From Bilabrum cf. latius (taxonomy: Eukaryota), in the NCBI GenBank assembly GCA_965178125.1, contig OZ237776.1, forward strand, positions 496,001-537,789: a DNA stretch of 41,789 nucleotides, read 5' to 3'. Below, one piece after another: positions 1 through 12,617 of this stretch. Position 1 is the stretch's first letter. The number at the start of each line of letters is the position of its first letter. Position numbers and translations under genes: made by a program. The notes below the pieces were generated by a model, which made no database searches, was not told the DNA's origin, and saw only the letters and a program-made list of their open reading frames with translations.

Positions 1-462
1 TCCTCGCTGCGGCCCGTGCTGGAGAACTCCGACTACGACAGCCCCCCGCTGCAGGGCGCTGCAGTGGTCGGCGAGGACCTCCACGGAAGGAGGGCAGTCG
101 GGGCCAGCAATCCGGGGAGCGGGCTCGTGCCCGGCCCGTCCACTGGCCTCGTGTGGAAGAACAGCACCTTCTCGCAGTGGCCCAAGGACGATGACATGGG
201 ATACAGCATCCGCACGGACAGGTGGAGGTACACCCGTTGGGTGGGCTTCGATTCCCACGCGCGGCAGGGCAAGTGGGACGAGCTCAAGGGGGAGGAGCTG
301 TACGACCAGCAGGAGGATCCCTTCGAGATCACCAACAGGGCGGGGGACCCCGCGGTGGCAGCCAAGAAGGCGGAGCTGTTCGAGCAGCTCAAGCTCGGGT
401 GGAGGGCTGCCCTGCCCAAGCAAGCGGGGGCAGCGCGTGATGGTGCGCGCAAGCAGGTCTGA
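1..462 (+). CDS. Sulfatase, iduronate-2-sulfatase-like, C-terminal part (5' truncated by window)
   Basis: Frame open from base 1. FSQWP...MGYSIRTDRWRYTRWVGFD...ELYD...DPFEITN resembles the IDS/choline-sulfatase C-terminal region (MGYSIRT..YRYT.WV.F, ELY...DP.E..N). Ends TGA 460-462. Confidence 0.8.
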   Translation, partial: SSLRPVLENSDYDSPPLQGAAVVGEDLHGRRAVGASNPGSGLVPGPSTGLVWKNSTFSQWPKDDDMGYSIRTDRWRYTRWVGFDSHARQGKWDELKGEELYDQQEDPFEITNRAGDPAVAAKKAELFEQLKLGWRAALPKQAGAARDGARKQV

Positions 463-634
463 TGCGCTTTCCGGAATTGGCCTGGAGTTGTGCAACCAGT
501 CCTGTCCGGGGCCACTACGATGGGGCAGCAGCGGTCAATGTAGAGCATGCAAGGCATGAAGGTGGCTTTCAGGCGAACCCAGTCCGACCCGGTTGTAGCA
601 AGTACAACGTATTCAGTATACACACAGCTCGCAG

Positions 635-3600
635 TCAACCCCGACCCGGGTCGTCGTCCCCCACACCCGAGGCGGGCTGCTCCTGGGCTGCCCCCGCATT
701 CGATCTACCTTCATCCATCCCCGCAGTTGCATCACCGCTCGCCAGTCGCTGCTCCCTTGCCCTGAGCGCCTCCTGGAACTGCGGGTTGGACTCCTCCATC
801 TGCAGGTAGGCTTGTCCCTGCACCACGGTCCAGTACCTGTACTCGGGCCGGTTCCTCTGCTCCCAGTCCATCTCGCCCTCGAGGGACCGGATGATGCGCG
901 CCTGCTCCAGCACCCACCTGTCCTCGGCCTGCTCCGCGATGTTCTGAAAGGTGTCGCTCATGCTGGCGATCAGAGTGTTGAGCAGCAGCACCGACATGAC
1001 CACCACATACCCCAGCAGGAGCCCCTGCGCCAGGGCACCCGTCACCACCCTCAGAGCGCCTGATACACTCCACACGCCCGCCCCTGCCCCCTCATCCCCA
1101 CCCACACCCGCATCTGCACCCCCTGCCAGCCAGTCCACTTCCTCATCAGCGCTCTCAGCCAGGTCATAGTCCTGCAGCACGATGCGGAAGGACTTGTACA
1201 GCCGCTGCATGAAGAGCCCTCCGCCACCCCCCAGCGCGGGGTCGTGCAGAGAGAAGGACGCCTGCGTATACCCCATGAGCAGGACCACCATGAGTACGCC
1301 GAAGCGGGCCACGTCCTTGCGCAGCATCTCATAGATTGCCACCACATAAGGCCCAGTTTCTGGAAAGCCAAGAACGAAAAACAACGTGCGGCCCCACGCG
1401 CCCAGCGCAGCACCAGTCAGTAGCAGCCGAAAGACGAGCCCAGCCAGCTCGGAATCGCCAAGCCATCCCCCGGCCACAGGCCCTGCATCTGCCCTGCACC
1501 ACGCCTCCTGCTCTTGCGACAAACCAGGGAACACACTTCCCGCCAACCAGCCCAGTGGCCGCCCCACATCCGAGCATACCACCGCCTGTGGCTGTCTCAG
1601 CACCGCCAGCACCGCCAGTGCCGCCACGCACGAGCTGAAGGTCAGTGCCGTGGTGTTCTCCACGAACCCAGCCCCCCTCACACTCAGGTACTCCCGGATG
1701 CCCTCCCTCGCCACCTCCATGCCCTCCACCATCAGCTTGGACAGAGCAAACGCAGTGACCCAGCCCTCCAGCAGCCCGGGGGCAACGCACGCCAGCCGGG
1801 CACGGAAATACGAATCTCCCACCAGCGTCAGCAGCACTGCGCTGGGCCCCGATCCATCGCTGGCACTCGGCGGATCCATCACTCGCAGGGCGCAGCTGTG
1901 CGTGTCCCGCAGCACCCAGGCGTGCTGTTCCCTGGCACCCACCGCCGAGGCCAGCACGATCCCCAGCACGAAGCACAGCAGCATCACTGCATGCTCCACG
2001 AACCGGCGCCCGAATACTTCCTGCGCGAACCGCTGCCACTTCTGCCGCAGCACCTCCCGCACCCTTGGCAGCCGCAGCATGTCCAGCCACTCCGCCTCGA
2101 TGATCAGATCCAGCGCGCTGCGGAACTCGATCCGGGGTGGGGGGCCCGAGTTACCACCGGGGGCGGGTTTCAAGCCTGTCGGTGTCGTTGGCTCCTCCGG
2201 CGCGCCACCAGGCGACGCTCCAACTGGACCGTTCGATTCATTCGATTTATTCGTTCCTCGGCTCGCTGCCGTGCTGCTGGCCCCAGACTCTTTGGATCCA
2301 AGCGGCGGACTGCCCGAATGCACTGCGTCCGCCCCTGCGTGCGGGAGCGCCTCCTGCCTCGCCCTGAGCACTAGCCTCGCCTCTCTCACCGCCCTCGCCT
2401 CCTCCTCGAACTGTTCCCTGGCCCTCCCCCGGTCCCCCTGCACCCCGTCCAGCTCTGCCAGGGGGTACAGCACGCACGATACAGGCCCGTAGGTCCAGAA
2501 TACCTGGCAGCTCGAGTCCAAGATGTGCTAGAACATGCGGCGCCGCCCGAGTCTGGCTGCCAGCTGCAGCGGAGTGAGTCCGGCTGCGCTCCTGACCCTC
2601 TCCAGAGGTGGGCGGCCCATGCGCCTGCCGGGGTCGTGCTCGTGCAGCTCCCTCCAGAGGTCACTCACGTAGTCGTACATGGCCGGCAGGTCGTGCACCA
2701 CGGCCATGTGCAGCGCGTGGTGGCCCATCACATCGGCCACGTACATGTCGCTAGAGGGGCACATGGCCAGCGCGCGCACCAGGGCGGGCTGGCAGGTGCT
2801 CACCTGCGGATGGGAAGGGGGCAGGGTGGTCAGGGGCATTGAAGGGCACCGGTAGCAGCTGTGACGAAGGAGCATGATTGCATACCATGCTACTATGTCC
2901 ATGCACCGGCAACTAAAGGCCGTACCAGCGTACAATTCGCAAGAGTACGGTGCACCACTGGCAGCACCGCGGCGAGACTCACAGCGAAAAGCAGCGGGAG
3001 CTCTCCGTAGTAGCAGCTCGTGTCTCTGTCAGCCGTGAAGCGCTGCCATGAAAAGAAGCTACCTATCGCTCTGTAATGCAGCAACCGAGGTGCTTGCTAC
3101 GCCAGCATTCGGACCCGCTACAAGTCACCGTTAACGACTGCGATGTGAAGAACGGTCTCCCCCTCGTACGCCGAGGGTCGACCATCGCCTGGTCCTACAT
3201 ATTGAGCCTCAACAAGCTTTGGAAACATGCCAACTAGCCAGTCAGCCAATTCGTAGTGCTTGTGCTCATGAAAAAGATAGCACAGGTGCAGAGCAGAAGC
3301 CCCGACAGCATCACGTTTTTTGTTGAAGAATTCCTCAGCATCGTCTCCTTGCTCGCTAGCAACAGCTTTTAACGCCTCGAGGTCCCCTTCTTTAACAATA
3401 TTCACGAGCGTCCCCTTCGTATGGGCGCTTGAAGCCTGAGCATCGTTGCGAAGCTTGGATTCCTGCATAAATGACACCGTGCGATGAAGCATCGGTGGAG
3501 CTTCTGCAGCAACTGTAGAAATTCCATCTGAACCAATCTACGTTTCCTTTGTAGCCATGCTGATTCGTGCTGCGTAGCAAGAACAGCTGTGATCAAAAGT

Positions 3601-3757
3601 CGAAAGATGAAGATCTAGTGATCGACTCACAGCAGAAGCTGCGGGCGAAGGGGCTGCACCTTTGGGCAGCGGCAGCGGCAGAGCGGGAGCCCGCGCCTCT
3701 TCTATCGGGCGCTTTCACGACGCCAGCTGTTGTCTATGGAAGCTGTGGTGGCATCAT
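635..3757 (-). CDS. TRPV-like ankyrin-repeat cation channel (spliced; in-frame TAG codons; 5' exon structure uncertain)
   Basis: Ankyrin motifs YEGETVLHIAVVN, YYGELPLLFA, GHHALHMAV, GLTPLQLAA; WTYGP motif; hydrophobic TM segments; S6 LLLNTLIASMSDTF and TRP-box-like WVLEQARII. GT-AG intron 2982..2804 (GCT|GTGAGT...CGCAG|GTG, phase 0) joins LPLLFA to VSTCQP. In-frame TAG at 3118-3120, 3097-3099, 2528-2530. Tentative first exon from ATG 3757/3754 with intron ~3630..3587; the link from there to the 3118..3492 frame is not resolved. Stop TGA 635-637. Confidence 0.8.
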
Positions 3758-4088
3758 CGAAGCGACCCACTGCAGGCGGCACCACAGCTGCAGTCACGCT
3801 GGCCACCGCTATGGCAGACCAGGATGGTGCGGAGGGCTATGATCAGGGGAGCGGGGAGGGTACCGAGGGGGACGTGGACGTGCCAGTCGTGCGGGGGGCG
3901 GGGGTCTATCTACCCTTGAGCTGTCTGTGGAGGAGCTGAGGCAGCTGCAGAGGGAGCTTCGCCCTTCACTGTGGCACGAACAGCCAACTCCAATGCCACA
4001 GTGTGGGCCGGCAAGTTCATGCCGGCTCTTGAACCTCCGTAAAGCGGAATACCTTGCGCAACAGATTAGTGAGATCATATCAAAAGAG

Positions 4089-4282
4089 AATCAGTATGCT
4101 TCAACTCAACCCACCAGGTCCCTTGCGGCCTTGCCACGGTCGCCCACCCCAACAATCAGTATGCTTCAACTCAACCCACCAGGTCCCTTGCGGCCTTGCC
4201 ACGGTCGCCCACCCCAACAATCAGTATGCTTCAACTCAACCCACCAGGTCCCTTGCGGCCTTGCCACGGTCACCCACCCCAA
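4089..4282. repeat. 65-bp tandem repeat, about 3 near-identical copies
   Basis: TCAGTATGCTTCAACTCAACCCACCAGG... recurs at 4091, 4156 and 4221. It overlaps the last codons and the TGA of the large minus-strand gene. Confidence 0.95.
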
Positions 4283-7200
4283 GCAGCAGGTCAAATACCA
4301 GCTCCGTCACCCCGCTATTCCGCAGCTTGTTGCACCGTAGGTCGCCGCCACCCCTCAAAGAAACCATGTCGTGCAGCTGCATCACTGCCGAAGTGGTAGC
4401 CACGTGCTGCCGCTCGCCCATCTCCCTCAGCTGCCAGATCCTGTTCTCGTACGAGCACTCCACGTCAAGCGGCCCCAGCACCCCGTCATCGTCCAGGTCC
4501 AGGACTCGGAACCAGTACTCCACGGATGTGTTCCCCATGCGGTCCTGCATTGCCTGCCGCAGCCACACGAAGTCCTCGAAGTTCAGGCACCCCGCCCTGC
4601 CGCTGGACAGAGTCCTCGCCCTGCCAGCAAACACCCGCTCCAGCGCATTGCTGCACACCGGCACGATCCGCTGCCCCGCGGGCAGAGAGCCGACAGTGCC
4701 CTCCTGGTCGTCTGCCCCGCCACCAGGTGGGTTGGAGGGACCGCCTCCCCCTCCATTGCCGCCTGCCCCGTGCAGAGGCAGCACCGGGCCCGGGCTGACC
4801 GCGTGCACAAGCTGCTGTAGAGTGAACGTGCCTCTGTTGGCCCGATCCACGGCCCTGTAGAGCGCCTCCACGTCCCTGAAGTATCGAACAGAGAAGGGCA
4901 ACACGTTGTCAGTTGTGGTGACGCTGCACATGAGGAAGGCATCCACCAGGTTGGACGAGCACAGCTCCTTCATCGTGACCCGAGAAGTGGTCAGCCCGTG
5001 CAGCGAGGCAAACAGAGACGCCAGCACGCAGGCCACGTACCTGGACCGGGCCACAGGGTCGCCCCGAATGCCGGACAGGTCGGGGTGCCTGTCCACGAGC
5101 GACTCAACCGCGGGTCTCAGATCGTCCATGTACACGTGGCTCCCGGCGGGGTGGTCGCACACCAGGCCCCCGGACCACACCACGTCATCCGCCCTGTCTC
5201 CTTGCCCCGGATCCTCCTCTGCACCAATGGGACTCCCCTGGCCAGAGTCAGAGCCAGAGTCAGCCCCGGCAGCCCACCGCGTCGCAGCGATCTCGCCCGA
5301 GGACTCGCGCCTGCGCCCGTGCTCGCTCTGTCTCCGCAATTCCAGCTCCGGATCCTGTAGGGGGGCAGAGTCTGGGTGCGGGGAAGGTGCCTCCAGCTCA
5401 AAGGCAGCTGGCAGCCGCGATTTGTCCCCGGGGGCAGGCAGGCCCGGGTACAGCTGGCCCCCGTTGCACCTCGCCGTCGAGGCCTCCACGAGCTCGTCCG
5501 CAGTAAGACCCAGCTGGCTCGTTTCTCCTCCGCCAGAAGAGCCATGTTCCCTCCGCCGCGAGCTCGAAGTCACGGACCCGCGCTTGTCTTTCCGGCCGCC
5601 CTCGCCCTTGTTCCGAACAGTCGTCCCGGCGGGAATCTGACCAGCTGCCACTAGCGTGCGGGTGACCGTGTCGGCGTTGTACACGTTCACAGGGGGCGGG
5701 ATCCACCCGTACGTCACCTGCGCGTCCACTTCGGGGAGGTTCCGCTCGCGGCGCCAGGCTTCCAGGTTCCGCACAGCCAGTCTAGAGGCGCCGCGCATGT
5801 GCCTTGCCTAGTTCCGCTTTGCCTCCCGTCCCAGCCGCATCCGCAGCAGATCCATCGGGCAAAACCCGTGTGCCGCCCCAAGAGAGGCCAGCTGGGCCGC
5901 TGCTGCCTCAGTTGGGTTGCGATACCGCTTGGACTGGAACGCCCGCCCACCGCTATCTTGCGCGGTTGGCGACAAAAGGCCCCCAGAGGTCGCGCGGGTG
6001 CCTCGGTCGTAGTCTGGGTCGTTCTCGTCTGCCAGTCCAATGACCATGTCACTCGTCACAGCGTCATCCGTGGTAGCCGACCGACCATCTCCTTTCCGCA
6101 AGCGGTCCATCTGGCCTACTTTTGCCCTGCCCTGTCCCCGTGCCTGATCCTGTCCCTGATCCAGGTAATCCACGGATGTCTCCAGCGAGCCATCTCCAAA
6201 GGACCCCTCGGCGCCATCCCCGTCCTCCTCCCCGGGCCCAAGATCTCCCGGCCCTGCGCTGCTGATGCTGCCGGAAGACGGCGACCGAGAGCTGTCTCCC
6301 CCACTGTCCCGGCTCTCCTTGCGCATGCTCGAGCGGCCCCGGACGGGGCTGGACTCGCCGGGCAGGGGCGTCTCCCCACCTGACGACTGCCTATCACCCA
6401 GCCCCCCAGGAGCCATGCTTGTCACTCGCAGGTGCACCTCCTTGAGACCAAGAGCGTCGGAGGCAGTTGAATTCCGCGCGTGGGGGACTTTGATCCCGAG
6501 CTTTGCGGCAACCGAAGAGCCGAGCACGCCCGCGGTCTCTTCCCCCGCTTCAGCGCAGCTGGGCAACACCGACACGGCCTTGCTGTCCCCATACATTTCG
6601 AGCAAGAGGGCCTTCAGCATCTCCCTCTGGCTGCTAGGCAGCTTCCGGATGCTGACCTTTGCCGACGAGTCGCCCTGTCCCTTGCCCTCCCCTGCAGAGC
6701 GAGACACAGCACCATGCTCCAGACCGCCTAGCAGCCAGTGCCCGATCGCATCAGATGCATGGGAAAAACTGGCCCCAGAGTCCAGCTGTGGCTATCCACC
6801 GATCCCAGCCACGAACAGCCCGCCTGACACTCTCGCAGACCCGCCTCCTGCAGCGCCCCGCGGTCCCCGGCACCAGTGCGCCAGGGACGGGTCCTGCACG
6901 CGCATCACCCCAGTCACTGCTCGAGGCCCGAACGCATCGGGTTCGAAGGCAGAGTCGATAGGACCCCGCTCTGTCGAAGGCCCGGCTGCTACAGACCGGA
7001 CGGGCTGCTGGCTTGGGCGCAAGACCACGGAGTCGTCCCAGTCCGAGGGTGGGTCAGCCTGCAGCACGCCGTCCAGAGACCTCCGCGCTAGGTCAAACGG
7101 GGTCCTTGGTGGCACCTCCCTGCTTCCTACTTGCGTCGGTGCAGGCACGGCCAGCAGTGCCCTGGGCACCACGCTGCTGCCTAGGCGCGACCGGGGGACG

Positions 7201-10200
7201 CTGTCATCCTCTCCACCCCCCTGCAACCGCGTGTCCTCGTGGTGGCCGTACACAGCCGATTGAATCTTCTGCTGCCGGCGCCGCGCAGGTACCCGGAGAG
7301 GCACCGGGACTAGCCCCGTCTCGCTAGTGCCGCCCCCAGCTGAGCCTGAGGCATCCAACCGGTCAGGCTTACGAGCCATCGCTGCAAGCTGCGCCGCATG
7401 CGAGTACACAGGAGGGCGCGTTCGAGGCTACAAGCGCCTCGGGGGGCATGGGTGACGCAGGAGCATCGTGACCCCGAGTCTGCGAGGCTCTTGCATCACG
7501 CCCGGGTGCCAGATCCTGAGGAACATCGCCATCGAGACCATGGGCCGGGGCCCGGGGGCCACCTCCCACGGCTCGGGGATCGCCCCGATCTGGGGACTCC
7601 AGCAACCAAAGTCCAGAGCAAATCCCCCGCTGGCATACCTAAACGCCCTGCGCCCGACGGTAGACCAGGCAAGGGGCCGTAGGGGATGCGACTGTGACAC
7701 GTGCCCTCTCTGCGTGGAAGACGACTGCCCCATCGCGTGCCTGCGGTCCTTGCACACTGGGCCCATGCCCAGCGGAACCACATCGGGCGCCGCGCCCACG
7801 ATTGCCGCCTGCAGGCGGGCCACAGAGGATGCCGATGAGTGTGACGAGTAAGAGTCTGTCGAGCCAGCGCTGTCCAAGCCACGACGCAGGCCGGCGATAT
7901 TCCGCAGAGCAGTGGCAGCGCGTTTCTCCCAGCGAATTGCCAGCCGCAGAGCCTCCTTGACGCCTGCTGCGGCCCTGCGCTTGTGTCCCGTGCTCATCGG
8001 AAGGGCAGGCACCTGGTCACCCATGCCAGGCGAGCTTGAGGAAGAAGTCTACTGCTTCCTGACAGCGTTGTGCGAGTCTCGGCTGGACCCCGGCCCGCCT
8101 ACTGGCCCTTCGTGTCGCTTGGAGGACGAGGTGGCACCGCCGCGTCCCATTGCGCCGGCAACTCCCTGCCCCAGCACGCCCTCTCTCGCCCGCCAGGTGT
8201 ACCAGTCCACGTCACGCTCCCGCAGCACTCCTCTCCGCAGGGCCTCGGAAACATACACTCGTTCCTGCTCCCACAGCCGCTGGTCCCGGCGCATGGCGCG
8301 GCGAGTACCACTACTGATCCTGGCTGCAGGCGCCTCCAGAGGCACCTCGTCCTCGCGCCTGGCGTCACCCACCCTGTACCCGAACTGCTTGCGCATGTCC
8401 TCGTCTTCCTTCTCCTCGCTCCTGCCGCTGGGTGCTCCTCGCCGACTACCACTCGCACCATTGCGGCGCATGCGATTCTGGGTCTTGGCTCGCAAGTCCC
8501 CACGCAGCTCGCGCAGTAGGGCTCGCAGACACCACGCGCGGCAGGCGCGGTGGTATGACGCGCGCGCAGGCCATATCCGCTGAGACTCGTATGCAACCGC
8601 GTGCTCCGCGAGGTGCATGAGCACTGGGGCCGCGTCCCTAAGCAAGGCAGCGACCAGGCGGGCGCATGAACGACCGCCAACCGGGCTATCACGACTACTC
8701 CCCACATCTGCGGCAGCTCTACACAGGATTTTGACGAAGATTTCCGCATACACTGCAGAGGCAGCTGCTTCTGCCGCGGCAGCCTGATGCGCATCTGCCC
8801 ATGCCTGATGGATCGCACGGAGGTGCAGCACAGGTCCAAAGTAGGCTGGCAGCCGGCAGTGGTCTCTCACCAGGTGCTTCCAGTTGCGGCCATCTGCTCG
8901 GCGCAGCTGTCCCTCAGACCTTAGAGCGTGGTTGGGGCGCCAGCTAGACAGCTGCAGGCCGCGCCAGTCCAGGCCTGCCAGCTGCATCGCCCGTAGCACA
9001 CCGCCTTGACCGCCGCCCAGCACTGGCGCGGCCCCAGCGCTGGCAACTTCCCTAGATGCGGCCCCGGCCCCACTCGTAGCATCAGAGGGTGCCATGAACT
9101 GAGAGGCAGCTGTGGTCACCGGACATGGCACGCTGTTGGATCCAGTGGCCATTCCATCCGGTGCCCCAGCCACAGCGCCGTCAACAGGCATGCCGAGCAC
9201 CGAGGTGCCGCTGGCTACCGCCTCAAATGCCGCGCCTCGTGCAGCAGCAGCCGCAGTGCTGGACAGCTGAGGGTACGGCGGCTGCGTCACCGACATGGGC
9301 GGTGCCGCCGTCCGGCACATGGAGCCCATGGTCCTCTCAATGCCGCTCTGCAGCCTGCGCTCGAAGGGAGGCCCATCCTTGGCCCCTGGCTTGCGGGCCG
9401 TGGCAGAGGTCCTCGAAAGGGACCGCCCCTCGGTGGCGTGCTCTGGTCCATCGCCCGCGTCTCGGCTCGATCCCACATCCAGACCAGTGGAAGAGTCACT
9501 CGGGTACACGTGTCCGTCCTGCGACACAGGCACCCTGCTGCGGGCCCCGAATACGGCCCTCGTGGTGGACGGCACCCGTTCTTTCCAGCGGAGGTACACG
9601 TCCATCGGCAAACGGGGATACAAGCACGCTCGAGCGGCCGCCAGCGCGGCCCGGTGTGCGGTCACCATGGCCAGCAGCAGGCAATGGGGCTAGGCCTCCA
9701 TGCCGGCCTAGCCCTCCCCATCGGCCCCCATCCCGCCCAAGCTCTAGCTTTTCATGTCAAGCCCGAACTGGCCGGGCCATGCGCCGCGCAGCAGCTCCGC
9801 GAGGGTGGCCATGGCAGGGAACACTAGAGCGGGGGCCTGGACCGCCCGCATGCTCTGCAGAGAGAAAGAAGCCGCGCCCAGAGCATCCGCAGGCTGCAGC
9901 CGACTGTGCTCCGGTGTTGTCCGCATCCAGGCGGGGGGGGCATCCCCAGTCGCCGTATTCCGCTCGAGGGCATCACGTGCGCCTGCCGCTGACGAGTCCG
10001 TGCCTCTGTGAGCCGAGCCACGCATGCGGCGCCGCGCATCTTTCAGAATCCATGCCTTCCGGAACCTGGACCCCGAGCCCCCATCATCCAGTCCCACGGG
10101 CGGCTACAAAGCATCGTCAGGGGACACCAGCCGCTTCTGCTGAAGGGTCAGTTCGCCCTTGTCTGCCTTGGCGATGCTCGCGCTCACTGGAGAGTCCTCG

Positions 10201-12617
10201 CGGCCTGGAGCATTCGGAGGATCTACGGCTCGGCTGCGCATGATCAGAGCGCATTCGTCACCCGCTACACGCGCGTCTACCCGCGCCAAGGCCTCGGCAG
10301 TCCCACAGAGATCGGCCCCACGCACCTTCCTGACCATCTGCTTCATGGTCGCATAGGCGGCCTGGCCTGCAGCTCTGGGATCTTCCTCCATTGCTACTAC
10401 AGCCTTGCTTGCCTTGCTCGTCTTGCCTGCTGCGCTAACCTCGCTGCTGCCCTGAATGTCGTCCTCACTGTCGTGCTTGCCCTCGCCGTCCCCCACGCTC
10501 TCCTCCGCTGCCTCCTTGCCCTGCAACCCCACCGCTACCTCCCGCCTCGCCGCCAGCGTGCCCTTTACCGCCCTGACCCTCAGCTCACCAGAGCGCCGCG
10601 CCAGCCCCGATAGCAGGTCCATCACCAGCGGCCAGTGAGTCGCAAAGGCGCACACAATCGCCTCCCCATCAGCGGGCAAAGCCCCGATCATGCTCTGGTA
10701 GGCCTCCCGGTCACCGGCGGGTGCCTGCCTCATCCGTTGTGCGTTGGCCCCCCGCCTGCTCTGCACCACCCCTGCGACCACGGCTGGCCTGGCGCTGGGC
10801 AGGGTGGGGTGCGGCACGTGGTGTAGCATGGGGCACGGAGGCGGGCGCAGCTCCGATCGGATGTCGCGCGAGGCATCTTTTACCCAGGCCGTGCCCTGTG
10901 TCAGTGACGCCTGCACCCAGGCAGCAATCGATTCTGGATCCGTCGGCATCGGAGTCTCGTCCGCATCCCCGCGCTGGGCCTTGCGCCTGACTTGCGCTGC
11001 AGCTGGCGCTGCCACACTGGAGGAGGCAGAGGCGGTCAGGTCCTGCCCGTCAGCACCAGCCCCTGCAGTCGATGTGTGCCGTGAGGCTCGCGGGGAGGAC
11101 TGGGCCGTGCTCTCGTGGTCTGCAAGAGAGCGGGGCATGCGAGCAGGGGACCGGACGGTCAAACTCTGCGCAAAGTGCCCGCTTGCACCCATGGAATTAA
11201 CGCCAGATGCGTCCCCGACAGCTCTCGCTGCAGCCCTGCGAACCCGATCCATCTCTCCTACAGAATCCGGGTCGGAAGGACCGGTGGCATGCGGGCGTTG
11301 GTGCCGCGTGGGCCCAGGGGGTAGACCTTCCAACGAGCTGGGGCCGGTGCTTGGCTCTCTAGCCGGCGGCGCGCCGATGCTGCCCTTGATCGCAGGGCCC
11401 CGCACCAGCCCGCCAAGACTTGCTGCTGCCCTGTCTCTGTCCGGACCTTCCTCCTCACCCTCCTCCTCTCCAATGACTTCGTCCACATCGGACCCATCCC
11501 TCTCTTGGCTAGCTCCTATCGTGGCATCCGCGCCATCCCCAGATACTGCCGCAGAAGCAGCTGCGGCCAGAGGTGGAGACAGGGGCGGGGACTCTCCTCT
11601 CCACGACCTCCGCCTGCTCTCCGCTTTGGACAGAGAGGCGCGCGTGGGGAAGTAGTCCTCCGGGGGAGCGGGCAAGCCCAGGCCGACTCCTGTAGAGCGG
11701 GCGGCCTGCGGGCTGGGAGGGGCGCCACTGGGGCTGCTCGGTCCAGATGTGATTGCACTCGTCACACTTTCCTTGCTATCGAGCCAGGCCAGCGCCTCCT
11801 CGTCGGCACTCACCTCTGAAGGTCCATAACTCTAGCCAGGAGTAGTGGGGGACTCATCACCAGTGCCCGGGGGCGTGCCGTTCCCGCTGCTGCTACCCTC
11901 TGTGGCGCGCGGACTTTGCGACCGGGGCGAAGAACCGCTCCCGCTTCCACTCCCGCTTCCCGTGCCCTCCGCCTGCCTCAGCTCTGAGCCTCCCCGGGAC
12001 ATGGAGCTGGGACTCAGCCCAGGGAGAACCCTGTCCCCGGTACTTGCAGCCCGCTGCAGCGCACGGGCGCGAGCACGGGCGTTGGCTCCCGCGCGCCCTC
12101 TACCCACATAGCCCGCACCCCTGGCCCCCTGCCCCCTCTGAGCACCCGAGGCCCCCGCCGCGGAGGGGAACATGCCCGCCATGCCTGCCTGGGTCCGAGG
12201 CATGGCGGGGCGGCCACCGAGGGCCATCGCGCTCACCGATGCACTCGTCATACTACCACCGCTACGGGCCTGATTGGACTCAGGGGTTGCCGCTGGGTCC
12301 GCACTCCGGTGCCCCTGCCCCCGCGCAGCATCACCCGCAGCACCTGTCACCCCGGTGGACCCCAGGCTGCGGGGCCGCATGGACGGGGAGGGGGTGTGCG
12401 GCTTGGTGGGCTGGAACACCGCGTCCCGTGCATATGCAGCCGCGGCTGCATGTGCCGTGGCCTCTTCCACGGAGGATCTGCTCGAGTGCCTCGTGCCGTC
12501 GGACCTGCTGCTTCGCACCGATGAGGCACGCGAGCCTGCACCGGGGTCGGTTCGGCTGGCACGGGCAGATGAGCTGTCTGAACCGTCCGACTCCGCTCTG
12601 CTGTTCTAATTCTCCAT
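4236..12617 (-). CDS. Very large (~2,793 aa if unspliced) protein with C-terminal PP2A regulatory subunit B'' (PR72/PPP2R3-like) EF-hand region; 10 in-frame TAG codons
   Basis: ORFs 11832..12518, 10104..11813, 9744..10097, 8049..9668, 7428..8024, 6792..7409, 5808..6707 and 4236..5798 share one frame. I read the gaps codon by codon and the only stops are TAG (12606, 11832, 10104, 9744, 9708, 9690, 8049, 7428, 6792, 5808). Start ACA-ATG-G at 12617 (MEN*NSRAESDGSDSSS). C-terminal part resembles B'' motifs: DDLRPAVESLVDRHPDL, NFEDFVWL, TSVEYWFRVLDLDDDGVL. Stop TGA 4236-4238. Confidence 0.75.

Noticed and set aside
3730-4080. Possible small plus-strand gene (MADQDGAEGYDQ...)
   Set aside because: Short, no recognisable homology or clear splice structure, and squeezed between two minus-strand genes.
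2528-12617. Pseudogene interpretation of the TAG-interrupted genes
   Set aside because: Decay would also give TGA/TAA stops and frameshifts. Only TAG occurs, in three genes including coronin, with motifs and splice sites intact.
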